Of a stretch of 53,778 nt of DNA, positions 38,876 to 47,099 are shown piece after piece. Origin of the DNA: a virus (Duplodnaviria; Caudoviricetes); IMG/VR virus record IMGVR_UViG_3300032373_000013, positions 1-53,778 of that record. The stretch is one strand, 5' to 3'. Below the pieces are notes generated by a model that saw only the letters and a program-made list of their open reading frames with translations, made no database searches and had not been told where the DNA came from. Position 1 is the stretch's first letter; each line of letters starts with the position of its first letter. The translations under genes and the position numbers were made by a program.

Positions 38876-39283
38876 TTAGTCCGCTACGCGCGCGATGAAC
38901 TCTTGCTCTAGGTCGCGCTCGTACGTGACGGCCCACGCGCCTTCAGGCAACGCGTAGTGCCGATGCTCTGGATGCGTGACCGTGCATCCACCCTTGCCGA
39001 CGATGAGCAGTGGGCCAGTGAGTGCGTCGCCGCGCCTGGCGTGAACCGTCACGTCTCCCTCGACGATGTGCCGTGAGCCTTGCGTGTTCCCAGGCGCGAG
39101 TTGTCGCTGCTCCGTGACCTCGCCGCGGTCCACTTTCGGGTCGCAGAACGTCAGGAGGATATCCCCCTGGCGTACATGTGATCCGATAGAGCAGATGGCG
39201 GGGATGATCTCGGTCTTGCGCTCGTGTTGAGACGCCTTACGGCCCGACGCGCGGACCTCATCAATTGCTTCTGTGATGTTCAT
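38876..39283 (-). CDS. RQGD-motif protein, usual partner of DUF6745 proteins
   Basis: RQGDILL...LAPGNTQGSRH...HPEH..LPEG. Confidence 0.8.
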   Translation of the reverse strand: MNITEAIDEVRASGRKASQHERKTEIIPAICSIGSHVRQGDILLTFCDPKVDRGEVTEQRQLAPGNTQGSRHIVEGDVTVHARRGDALTGPLLIVGKGGCTVTHPEHRHYALPEGAWAVTYERDLEQEFIARVAD

Positions 39284-39287
39284 GGTG

Positions 39288-40937
39288 CTAACCCTGGGCT
39301 AGACAGGTCGATGAAGAAACTCCGGTGATCGCCACGTAGGCGTCCTCCGGAGTGGTTGCATTAGCCGGGGCGCGCATCGTGTACGTGCGGTCCGTGCTCC
39401 CGTCGCTTGCTACGAGGTACTTGTCACCGTTTGGCATCTGGACAAGTGCGCGCGAGATAGAGCCCGCGGATTCGTTCCATGATTCGATCAGCACTGAGTC
39501 AATCGACAGGAGACGTGCGTCCGCGTCGACTAGGTATCGCTCCCATCCATATCGCTCGATCATGATGCGGCGCACCTCCGCATGGCCCTCGCCAGCGATC
39601 ATCGCGACCGTGATTGACTCGGGTTTCTCGACGACATCGCGCGGTACACGCACGCCCTCGATCGAGTAGATCGCAAAGCCATCCGACCAGCGCATTGCGG
39701 GTCCATCGAGGCAGTGCAGAACGGGTTCCCCGGCGCGATTCACGCCGCGATGCACCTCGATAGGAGCGTCCGAGGCTACGGCGAACTCCTTACAGCCCCA
39801 CCAATGCCCAAGCTCCCAACATTCATCGCGCCATGCCAGTGCTGCGGCATGTGCAGGACCGTCGAGTACAAGGCCGCACACTTCGATGTAGAAGAGCCGC
39901 CAGGCGCACCAGGCCGACCAGTTACGGGCGCCCATGTAGAAATGCCAGTTTGAACGCACCTGGGCGCGCACCTGGTCGTGCACCTGGTCGTACACCTGGG
40001 CGTGCACCTGGGCGCGCACCTGGTTGTACACCTGGGCGCGCACCTGGGCGTCCACCTGGGCGTCCACCTGGTCGTACACCTGGGCGTGCACCTGGGCGCG
40101 CACCTGGTCGTACACCTGGGCGTCCACCTGGGCGTCCACCTGGGCGTCCACCTGGGCGTGCACCTGGGCGTCCACCTGGGCGTCCACCTGGTCGTACACC
40201 TGGGCGTCCACCTGGTCGTGCACCTGGTCGTACACCTGGTCGCGCACCTGGTCGCGCACCTGGGCGTCCACCTGGTCGTGCACCTGGTCGTGCACCTGGT
40301 CGTACACCTGGTCGCGCACCTGGTCGTCCACCTGGGCGTCCACCTGGGCGCGCACCTGGTCGCGCACCTGGGCGTGCACCTGGTCGTACACCTGGTAGTG
40401 CACCTGGGCGCGCACCTGGGCGTGCACCTGGTCGCGCACCTGGGCGCGCACCTGGTCGTCCACCTGGTCGCGCACCTGGTCGCGCACCTGGGCGTCCACC
40501 TGGTCGTACACCTGGGCGCGCACCTGGTCGTACACCTGGGCGTGCACCTGGGCGCGCACCTGGTCGTCCACCTGGGCGTGCACCTGGTCGCGCACCTGGT
40601 CGCGCACCTGGGCGTGCACCTGGTCGCGCACCTGGTCGCGCACCTGGGCGTCCACCTGGTCGTACACCTGGGCGTACACCTGGGCGTGCACCTGGGCGCC
40701 GCTCTTCCTACGCATGTAAGCAACGGCTGGACCAGAGGTCAAAGCGGCGTATGGAGATGGGACGAACACTACAGCCCGAGGGGGCGCTAGACCTGCCGCA
40801 ACGTACTTGCGGTGCAATGCATCTCGCGCGGCATCATGGTCGATCGGCTCCGTGGAATACGCACGGTCAATCCACTTCTGCGCGTAGCCCGGGAGCTGCG
40901 CTTCCTGACCCGGTGTCAGTTTCCCGATGTACTTCAT
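39288..40937 (-). CDS. DUF6745-type protein with about 62 QVxx tetrapeptide repeats
   Basis: Start MKYIGKLTP at 40937; C-terminal LHCLDGPAMRWSDGFAIY..EGVRVP...EVRRIMIERYG. Confidence 0.8.
   Translation of the reverse strand: MKYIGKLTPGQEAQLPGYAQKWIDRAYSTEPIDHDAARDALHRKYVAAGLAPPRAVVFVPSPYAALTSGPAVAYMRRKSGAQVHAQVYAQVYDQVDAQVRDQVRDQVHAQVRDQVRDQVHAQVDDQVRAQVHAQVYDQVRAQVYDQVDAQVRDQVRDQVDDQVRAQVRDQVHAQVRAQVHYQVYDQVHAQVRDQVRAQVDAQVDDQVRDQVYDQVHDQVHDQVDAQVRDQVRDQVYDQVHDQVDAQVYDQVDAQVDAQVHAQVDAQVDAQVDAQVYDQVRAQVHAQVYDQVDAQVDAQVRAQVYNQVRAQVHAQVYDQVHDQVRAQVRSNWHFYMGARNWSAWCAWRLFYIEVCGLVLDGPAHAAALAWRDECWELGHWWGCKEFAVASDAPIEVHRGVNRAGEPVLHCLDGPAMRWSDGFAIYSIEGVRVPRDVVEKPESITVAMIAGEGHAEVRRIMIERYGWERYLVDADARLLSIDSVLIESWNESAGSISRALVQMPNGDKYLVASDGSTDRTYTMRAPANATTPEDAYVAITGVSSSTCLAQG
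39954..40697 (-). repeat. 12-bp tandem repeat CAGGTG-NNC-NNC, about 62 units
   Basis: Uninterrupted cacctg-spaced array on the + strand. Confidence 0.97.
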
Positions 40938-40939
40938 GA

Positions 40940-41377
40940 TCAGAACGGCGTGTCGTTCGGGTCGTTGTAGCTGCCGCCCGTGTCCCCGTACCCGGAGTCG
41001 CCGCCGCCGTACATCGAGCCCTGCTGACGTTGCTGTGGGGGAGAGGTCTCGCGTGACTGCTCGCGGTCGGACTTCGCACCAACGAACGTCCAACGGAACG
41101 CTTTGAAGACGATCCGGGAACGCTTCTGCCCGTCCTTCTCCCAGCGCTGTTGTTCGGGCTCACCCACGACGAACGCCAAGTCACCCTTGCTGTGGTACTT
41201 CGCGAAGTTCGTCGCCTGGTCGCCAAATATGACGCAGTCGAAGAAGCTCGGCACGTCCTCGCCCTTGCTCTTCCTGTTCACGGCGATGGCGAACTGGCAC
41301 ACGACCGTTCCGCGCGCGTCTTTGATCTCGGGGTCACGGACAAGGCGTCCGCCAATCTGGAATGCTGAGAAGTTCAT
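40940..41377 (-). CDS. ssb: Single-stranded DNA-binding protein
   Basis: GRLVRDPE...FAIAVNR...FFDC..FG..A; acidic DTPF tail. Confidence 0.95.
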   Translation of the reverse strand: MNFSAFQIGGRLVRDPEIKDARGTVVCQFAIAVNRKSKGEDVPSFFDCVIFGDQATNFAKYHSKGDLAFVVGEPEQQRWEKDGQKRSRIVFKAFRWTFVGAKSDREQSRETSPPQQRQQGSMYGGGDSGYGDTGGSYNDPNDTPF

Positions 41378-42135
41378 TGAGCCGGTCCTTCGATCTGGGG
41401 CGTGGGGGATTGGATAAGTGCCTGAGCCGCGGCGCCGAATACGGCGTGAGGCTCCTCTCCCTTCTTGAGGCGGGCCATTGCGGCGTTCAGGTGCGCCACT
41501 GCGGGTTCAGGTAGAGCGGCGAGTGGGGTGCCGTTCAACTCCGCAACGAGTGCCGCCTCTCCAACGCCGTACGGCGCGAAGGCGGCGATAACCTTCTCCG
41601 GTGCGGGCGGAGCGAGGGCGCGCCGCCCGTTACCGTTGCCTTGCCCGTTGCGCGGCGCTTGGCGAGCCTCTCGACTGTCGTGGCGTTGCTGCTGGCGCGC
41701 ACCATCGTCGTCATCGTCAGGCGCGAGGCCCAGGATGCCGAGCAGTGCGTATCGGCGGCAGTACGTGATGACTGAGCCGATGTCCTGCGGTCCGCTCTTA
41801 GCGAGAGGGAACATGACGCGGACATGGAGTTCCCAGTCCTTCTCGGGCGAGGCGAGGATAGTCTCCGCGCCCGCACGTTTGCCGTCCACGATCGGGGGTT
41901 GCATCAAGAGGATCTTGTGCGTCTCGAGCGCGGGACGGATTGCATCGAGAACCGTGGGGAGTCCGGCGTACGTGTACTTACCCCGACCTGAGTCCCCCTG
42001 GGAGTCCTTCAAGATCGGCTTGAGGTCCTTGACGACGTCGAGGAGTTGCGAGTACATCGCGGCCGTGTTGCCCAATGGCTCGAACGACAATGCATCCGAC
42101 GTTTGCGCGGCTGCGCTTCCGTTGTGCTCACTCAT
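41374..42135 (-). CDS. erf: ERF-family single-strand annealing protein
   Basis: YAGL...PQDIGSVITYCRRYALLGILGLAPDDDDDG. Confidence 0.93.
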   Translation of the reverse strand: MSEHNGSAAAQTSDALSFEPLGNTAAMYSQLLDVVKDLKPILKDSQGDSGRGKYTYAGLPTVLDAIRPALETHKILLMQPPIVDGKRAGAETILASPEKDWELHVRVMFPLAKSGPQDIGSVITYCRRYALLGILGLAPDDDDDGARQQQRHDSREARQAPRNGQGNGNGRRALAPPAPEKVIAAFAPYGVGEAALVAELNGTPLAALPEPAVAHLNAAMARLKKGEEPHAVFGAAAQALIQSPTPQIEGPAQ

Positions 42136-43058
42136 GACGCCTTCACCTCCGGGCTCGGTGCCGCCTTCGGCAGTTGCGGGATCGCGCGGAGAGATCGGAC
42201 GCCGCGCTTATTCGTCCTGAACGAGAACGCATGCGCACCGTCCTCGGTAGAGCCCCAAGCGGCGGAGCCCATGCGTTGAATCAGGCGCGCTTTCGCCGCC
42301 TTCTCGGCGTCCTTAGCTGTGTCGGCTTGGGTCTTCGCCGCGACGTATGCGCCCGCCTCTTCGATGGGCAGCGTGACCGTGCGCGGTTCGTCGTCTGGGT
42401 GCAGCTCACGTAGGAACGACTCGTCGCGACTGACCGCGACAGGCTCCACTTCGTCGATGATGTGGCGTTGCCACCACGAGCGCACAGCGTCCTCGATCTC
42501 GCGTCGCCGTTCGTCGGTGACGATTACTTCCGTCGATTGCGTAAGGTCGTCCTCACGCGCAGCGGGCGGCATCAGTGCACAGACGAATCCGCGCCGCAAT
42601 CCGCAGATGGCAAGGTATGCCTCGACCTGGTGGATGTAATGCTCTGGGCACACGCCTGGCGCCCACTGGTCACGCGTGTAGAAGCTAGGCGCCTTGCCCT
42701 CCCAGATGCAGACCTCGCCCGTCATTGGATCCGTGACGAAGCCGTCGGGAGAACCCATGAGGTAGGGGATATCGGGATGGATCGCGAGGCGACTGTTCAG
42801 ATCCACGGGCATACCCGTTGCAACCTCGAACTGCTGCGCCGCGACGGGCTCCATTACGTTTCCCCAGCGCATGAACGCGTTCTCCTCGTCCACTCGACCG
42901 CCACCGAGTTCCAACACTCGGTAGTAGATATCGAGCGCGGTGCGGTACGCGGGGAGGCCAAGGACTGCGGCGAGGTCGGTGCCGGTGATGGCCTTGCGCC
43001 GGATGTCGTGCCACTCGGCGGAACCGTGCACGATGTCGGTGAGGTTGAAGTCACTCAC
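42132..43058 (-). CDS. YqaJ-like viral recombinase/exonuclease
   Basis: W...RRKAITGTD, MRWGNVMEP, GSPDG, WEGK, HYIHQV..YL. Confidence 0.92.
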   Translation of the reverse strand: MSDFNLTDIVHGSAEWHDIRRKAITGTDLAAVLGLPAYRTALDIYYRVLELGGGRVDEENAFMRWGNVMEPVAAQQFEVATGMPVDLNSRLAIHPDIPYLMGSPDGFVTDPMTGEVCIWEGKAPSFYTRDQWAPGVCPEHYIHQVEAYLAICGLRRGFVCALMPPAAREDDLTQSTEVIVTDERRREIEDAVRSWWQRHIIDEVEPVAVSRDESFLRELHPDDEPRTVTLPIEEAGAYVAAKTQADTAKDAEKAAKARLIQRMGSAAWGSTEDGAHAFSFRTNKRGVRSLRAIPQLPKAAPSPEVKAS

Positions 43059-43348
43059 GACGCCACCCTCCCCTCACGCTTCGCTGCCTCGAACGTCAGG
43101 CGGCCGAGGTATGCAAAGTGGACGAGCCTGTTGTGCGACAGGATCGCCTCACGATCGAGTAGTTCGTCGTAGCTGGAGCCGTCAGTCTCGCCCGCTTCAA
43201 TCGCGCGATCCGCAGACACGCACGCGTACTCGCATCGGTAGCCGCATGCGGAGCACGCGACTTGAAGCAGCTTGTGACTGCCCCTGCCCGTGTTGATGCC
43301 GCACGCCTCGTTGCACAGCGGGCACGGCTCGATCTGCGGGAAGTTCAT
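43055..43348 (-). CDS. Small Zn-ribbon protein (Lar-like pattern)
   Basis: PCPLC...VACSACG...AI..HN. Confidence 0.55.
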   Translation of the reverse strand: MNFPQIEPCPLCNEACGINTGRGSHKLLQVACSACGYRCEYACVSADRAIEAGETDGSSYDELLDREAILSHNRLVHFAYLGRLTFEAAKREGRVAS

Positions 43349-43734
43349 GCCGCCCTCCCAACTTCGTAAGCGGCATCCTGGAGGTCACTTTCCAGCAACA
43401 CGTAGAACGCGTGCGCAATGTTGCGGGGGATGCAACGGCCCGGTGCGGGCTCGATGAGTTCCGAGAACACGAGTAGCCCGAGGCTACGATCGCGCTCCCA
43501 GTCTTCGACGGCGTCCGCGATGAACGTGAACCACGAGGCCACGCCATCGCAGTCAGCCCACTCCGCATCGTCCGTCTTGAAGTCGTACGACTCAGGCGTG
43601 CCTTCGCAGCCGAAGGTGATATCCACCGGCCACCGGATCCCCGCGTACGTGACGACGGTTTGCAGTGGCGATTCATTGATCGTGAACCGCCGCTCGAAGG
43701 CCGCGAGGTCTACAGCGTCAACGATGTTCGTCAC
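43345..43734 (-). CDS. Hypothetical protein
   Basis: GTGA/ATGA coupling. Confidence 0.6.
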   Translation of the reverse strand: MTNIVDAVDLAAFERRFTINESPLQTVVTYAGIRWPVDITFGCEGTPESYDFKTDDAEWADCDGVASWFTFIADAVEDWERDRSLGLLVFSELIEPAPGRCIPRNIAHAFYVLLESDLQDAAYEVGRAA

Positions 43735-43970
43735 AGCGACACCTCCGACGCGAGCTGGAGGAGGATGAACAGCGTCGCTTCGATCGCGACCAGAAGCGCA
43801 GCGCCGATCAGCGCCGCCGCAGCGAGAATGCAGACGTCCCCGAAGGTCAGTCCACGTCGCGCGTTACTGGAGTCGCCCGACTGTAACAGCGCCCACGAAG
43901 GCGCAGCCGTTCGCGCACTTTGCGCAACGGCGGTGGGGGCGGTAGCCGCCCCGGAGGAGGGTTTGAGCAT
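43731..43970 (-). CDS. Small membrane protein, first gene of the leftward arm
   Basis: C-terminal hydrophobic helix. Confidence 0.5.
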   Translation of the reverse strand: MLKPSSGAATAPTAVAQSARTAAPSWALLQSGDSSNARRGLTFGDVCILAAAALIGAALLVAIEATLFILLQLASEVSL

Positions 43971-44348
43971 AGGTCATCACGTAGTAGTGCCCGAGTGATT
44001 AGCTCGAGCGGACACCCACACCTTCGGCTGCGGGGCTTCCGCAGTCAACGTCAATCCCGAAAATGCGGGAGAGTTGCGCACGTCGTTACTACCCTGCGCG
44101 GCACGCGGGGCTGGACCGAGCATTGGTCACACGGGTCCCGCGAGGGCTTCGGTCCGGCTAGAACCCCCATCGCGCCGTTGAAGCGGGGCTGATTACCCCG
44201 TGGAGGGGCGGTGGGGGCGACGGCTTCGGTTGCAATTCGGTGCTGCTCAGGTCGAGTCGAGTGCAGCTACGGGCTACATTTCTACCCACCGCTAGGTCGA
44301 TGGTTGATGCAGACTGGAGCGCACTGGCAGACCAAGTGGCCCCCGACG

Positions 44349-44594
44349 ATGAATGAACTTGACGACATGAAGCGCGTCTTCGACGCCCACCGGGCGGAGT
44401 GGATCGAGCAAGGCCGAACGGGCCAGTGGGCGCTGATCGGACCGGACGGCCCGGTTGACTTCTTCGTTGAGTACGTCGAGATCGTCAAAGCTGCCGCTCG
44501 ACTGTTTGGCAATGGCCCCTGCCTGATCCAGCAAGTGCTCCCTGAGGATCCCATCGAGATCATTCAGCGCGTGGACTTCAGCGCGTTCGCGTGA
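44349..44594 (+). CDS. DUF5678-like small protein
   Basis: Likely ATG 44349; F..HR.EW....GQWALI....V.FF..Y.E....A...FG..P.LI.QV pattern. Confidence 0.7.
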   Translation: MNELDDMKRVFDAHRAEWIEQGRTGQWALIGPDGPVDFFVEYVEIVKAAARLFGNGPCLIQQVLPEDPIEIIQRVDFSAFA

Positions 44595-45112
44595 CCGGAA
44601 ACCCTCAGCAGCGCCGATTGGGTGGAAAGAGGGGCGGCAAGGGTAAGAAGCCCCCCAAGGTGCCCGACGCTCTCAGGATCGGCGGAAAGATCGAGAATGA
44701 CGCGTGCTCGATCAAGCTCCACATCTTCAACCCGCTCGAGGCTGGGGGCGTGAAGGGCCAGCAGCCGCCTCGACTCTTCAAGGTCAAGGCCATCATCGAC
44801 ACGGGGGCGACCTCGACGACGATCAGCGCTCGTTTGGCTCAAAAGATCGGCATCACCGGACACACCCGTATCCGTGTGGGGACTGCCGCTGGCGAGGTCG
44901 ATGGTTGGCAGGCACCGGTCGGTATCGCGTTCCTCGACCTCGAGACAGGGCGGACCGTCTCGCGCGTGCAGCCGATGGCGATCATGCCGATGCACGACGA
45001 CGTCCTATTCGGCATGTCGGACATCGCGCAGGGACGGCTCGTGGTGAACGGTGAGGCTGGCGAATGGAAGTGGATCTTGCCCGGCGGCAGTGTCGGCAAC
45101 CCGAAACCGTAG
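44591..45112 (+). CDS. Retropepsin-like (clan AA) aspartyl protease
   Basis: AIIDTGATSTTIS catalytic motif, TAAG flap, DVLFGMSDI; GTGA-coupled to the upstream gene. Confidence 0.88.
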   Translation: MTGNPQQRRLGGKRGGKGKKPPKVPDALRIGGKIENDACSIKLHIFNPLEAGGVKGQQPPRLFKVKAIIDTGATSTTISARLAQKIGITGHTRIRVGTAAGEVDGWQAPVGIAFLDLETGRTVSRVQPMAIMPMHDDVLFGMSDIAQGRLVVNGEAGEWKWILPGGSVGNPKP

Positions 45113-45331
45113 TCACGAGAAGCGGCCGACGATGAGCGGCCCCCAGCGCGCGATGCGCCGAGGGCCTGGGCGTTCGGGAAGAACGGCGAGCGGCGGTTGA
45201 CGCCACCGCACGCAGCGCCCAGATGAGAGGCGCCCCCGCTTGAAGTCTGCCGAACCACGCCAGTGAACGTCACGGTTTCGACGTAAGCGTGTAGCGTGAG
45301 GCGGCACCCAAACTCTCACGAAGCGCCTGCC

Positions 45332-45838
45332 ATGGTTCGACCCCTTGCTATCGCGTGCCTCCTTCTGGCGGCGTGCACTACGACTGGTTCCGTTCTCGAG
45401 ATCGGCCGCGATACCTTCACGGTGTCGGGTCGAAGTGAGTGGGGTTCAGGCAAGGCGCGAAGCGCGGCGATCAACGCCGCCAACCGATACGCCGCGGAGC
45501 GGGGGATGCGTATGAAGGTCGTGACGATGCAGCCCGGGTGGGACCGTGACGCTCTCGGGGATCGGTGGTACACGATGGATCTAACCTTTCGTGTGATCCC
45601 GCAGGATGACCCCGAGTATCAAACGCGTCCAAACCTCATCCCGAGCCAGCGGACGGTGATTACGCACGAGAACGCGCCTCCTGCGGCGCCGCCACAGGCT
45701 GCTCAATCGACCCCGAAGCCTGGAGGGGATGTTGACGCCTACCTCCGGGGACTACTGGAGCGCGGTGAGATCACTCCAGAGCAGTACGGGCGCCTCGTTG
45801 CCGAGCGCCTCGGTGTGACGGGCGACGACGGCGAATAG
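45332..45838 (+). CDS. Lipoprotein with C-terminal SHOCT-like motif
   Basis: MVRPLAIACLLLAA|C lipobox; IGRDTFTVS; LLERGEITPEQY. Confidence 0.75.
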   Translation: MVRPLAIACLLLAACTTTGSVLEIGRDTFTVSGRSEWGSGKARSAAINAANRYAAERGMRMKVVTMQPGWDRDALGDRWYTMDLTFRVIPQDDPEYQTRPNLIPSQRTVITHENAPPAAPPQAAQSTPKPGGDVDAYLRGLLERGEITPEQYGRLVAERLGVTGDDGE

Positions 45839-46054
45839 GCGTCCGCGAGGTTTCCTCCGAAAACCGTGACGGGTCGTCGCAGGCCATACGTTCGGCTCGG
45901 TGCCCCCGGGTAGACGGGCCGCGGCGCTCCCGTGGAGAGACGACGCCGCGGCCCTAGTGGCATTCCTAGGAATGGCGACGAACGTGTGAGACCGCCGCCG
46001 CAAGCGTCCAATGAAAGGCGCCTCCGCGCCAATTGTTCCACTTGTGCTCATACC

Positions 46055-46079
46055 TGGAAAGATAAGCACGGAGTATCTA
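46055..46079. promoter_or_regulatory. Repeated quasi-palindromic site, copy A: TGGAAAGATAAGCACG-gag-TATCTA
   Basis: 22/25 identical to 52250-52274; AGATA...TATCT arms; about 40 bp upstream of ORF 46117. Confidence 0.7.
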
Positions 46080-46116
46080 CTCCCCAGGAGCGCAAACAGT
46101 CGGTATCACCAGGCTT

Positions 46117-46812
46117 GTGATGGATCACGAATGCAACATGCCACTGTCGGGTCTGTTCACAGAGGATCGCCAGCTACTTAGGCTGGCTGCCGGAGACCCG
46201 GTGCGGGCCCTTGCGTACATCGACTCGGTGCGGTGGGTAGAGGGCGCTGATTGCCCCTCGTGCGGCAGCGAGGACACCTACGCCATTACCGGCCGGAGTG
46301 GGACGGCGCGCAAGACGGTGGCATGTCGAACCTGTCGACACCAGTTTGGATGGCGAATTGCGACCCCATTCGCCGGAACGCGCGTTCAGCCGGAGCACGT
46401 CCTATACGCCGTTGCGGGTCTCCTCGATGGGGACCGACCCGAAGTTGTCGCGGTAGACGTAGAGCGCGAGTTTGGCTGTGGGGTGCGTATGGCGCGACTG
46501 GTCCTGAATCGTGTCCTCATGCTCCGCGCAAGCCTCAATGGCCTTGGAGCGGACGACGAAATCGACCAGAAGGAAGTCGTACGGTGGCTGCCGGTGGCTG
46601 CGATTGCAGCAACTGCGACCATCCTCGTTTGCACTGCGTTCTTCGCGCCGAGCGCCCGCGCCGTAAACGAGCTTAATACGCACTGGACTTTCAACGGCGA
46701 CACCATGTCCCATCGAACCATCGCGTTCGTAGAGGAGTCATACTGGGACCTCACGCGCCGCCACGCTCGCGAGGTGGCGCAGATCAAGGGCCACCTCAAC
46801 AGCAGAGATTAG
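46117..46812 (+). CDS. IS1595-transposase-like Zn-ribbon/HTH fused to a TM helix and an unrecognised C-terminal domain (no DDE domain)
   Basis: ALAYIDSVRW..G..CPSCG...CRTCRHQF...TPFAGTR...VEREFG....ARLVLNRV, then WLPVAAIAATATILVCTAFFA. Confidence 0.78.
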   Translation: MMDHECNMPLSGLFTEDRQLLRLAAGDPVRALAYIDSVRWVEGADCPSCGSEDTYAITGRSGTARKTVACRTCRHQFGWRIATPFAGTRVQPEHVLYAVAGLLDGDRPEVVAVDVEREFGCGVRMARLVLNRVLMLRASLNGLGADDEIDQKEVVRWLPVAAIAATATILVCTAFFAPSARAVNELNTHWTFNGDTMSHRTIAFVEESYWDLTRRHAREVAQIKGHLNSRD

Positions 46813-46814
46813 TC

Positions 46815-47099
46815 ATGTCTGGAGTCCTCTCCACGCAATTCGACTGCAACGGAACACGTACCACATGGGCAACCGCTCGGGGGAAGAACCCCCTAGAGCC
46901 CATTCTTGACTTTGCCGACCGTCACAGCGACGAAGTGAAGGACGCCAAGCTCGATTGCAGCAGCAACGTCATCGCGCTCCCGTCGATCACCTCAACGTGG
47001 GAGAGCGACATCGGCACGACGACGTATGGCTCGGATGACGGTCAAGCACAGCACGATTTGGACGTCATCGAGATCCAGAAGGAAATTCCCCCTGCGTAG
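46815..47099 (+). CDS. Small acidic protein paralogous to the C-terminal domain of ORF 46117
   Basis: Starts 2 bp after the upstream stop; shares LxT..NG....T...E...D...RH..EV...K. Confidence 0.7.
   Translation: MSGVLSTQFDCNGTRTTWATARGKNPLEPILDFADRHSDEVKDAKLDCSSNVIALPSITSTWESDIGTTTYGSDDGQAQHDLDVIEIQKEIPPA

Noticed and set aside
38517-38911. ORFs over the tRNA region
   Set aside because: They overlap a canonical tRNA and structured RNA and have no protein features.
39954-40697. QVxx array as a CRISPR array or DGR variable region
   Set aside because: The units are contiguous 12-mers with no spacers and no cas genes. The NNC codons look DGR-like, but the A of CAG is invariant and there is no reverse transcriptase or template repeat.
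39776-40939. Alternative-frame ORFs (RCTT, PGRA, VHLG and TWAS repeats)
   Set aside because: These are shadows of the stop-free 12-bp repeat; only the QVxx frame joins recognisable domains.
46117-46812. Active IS1595 element
   Set aside because: No DDE domain, and I saw no terminal inverted repeat pair or target duplication.
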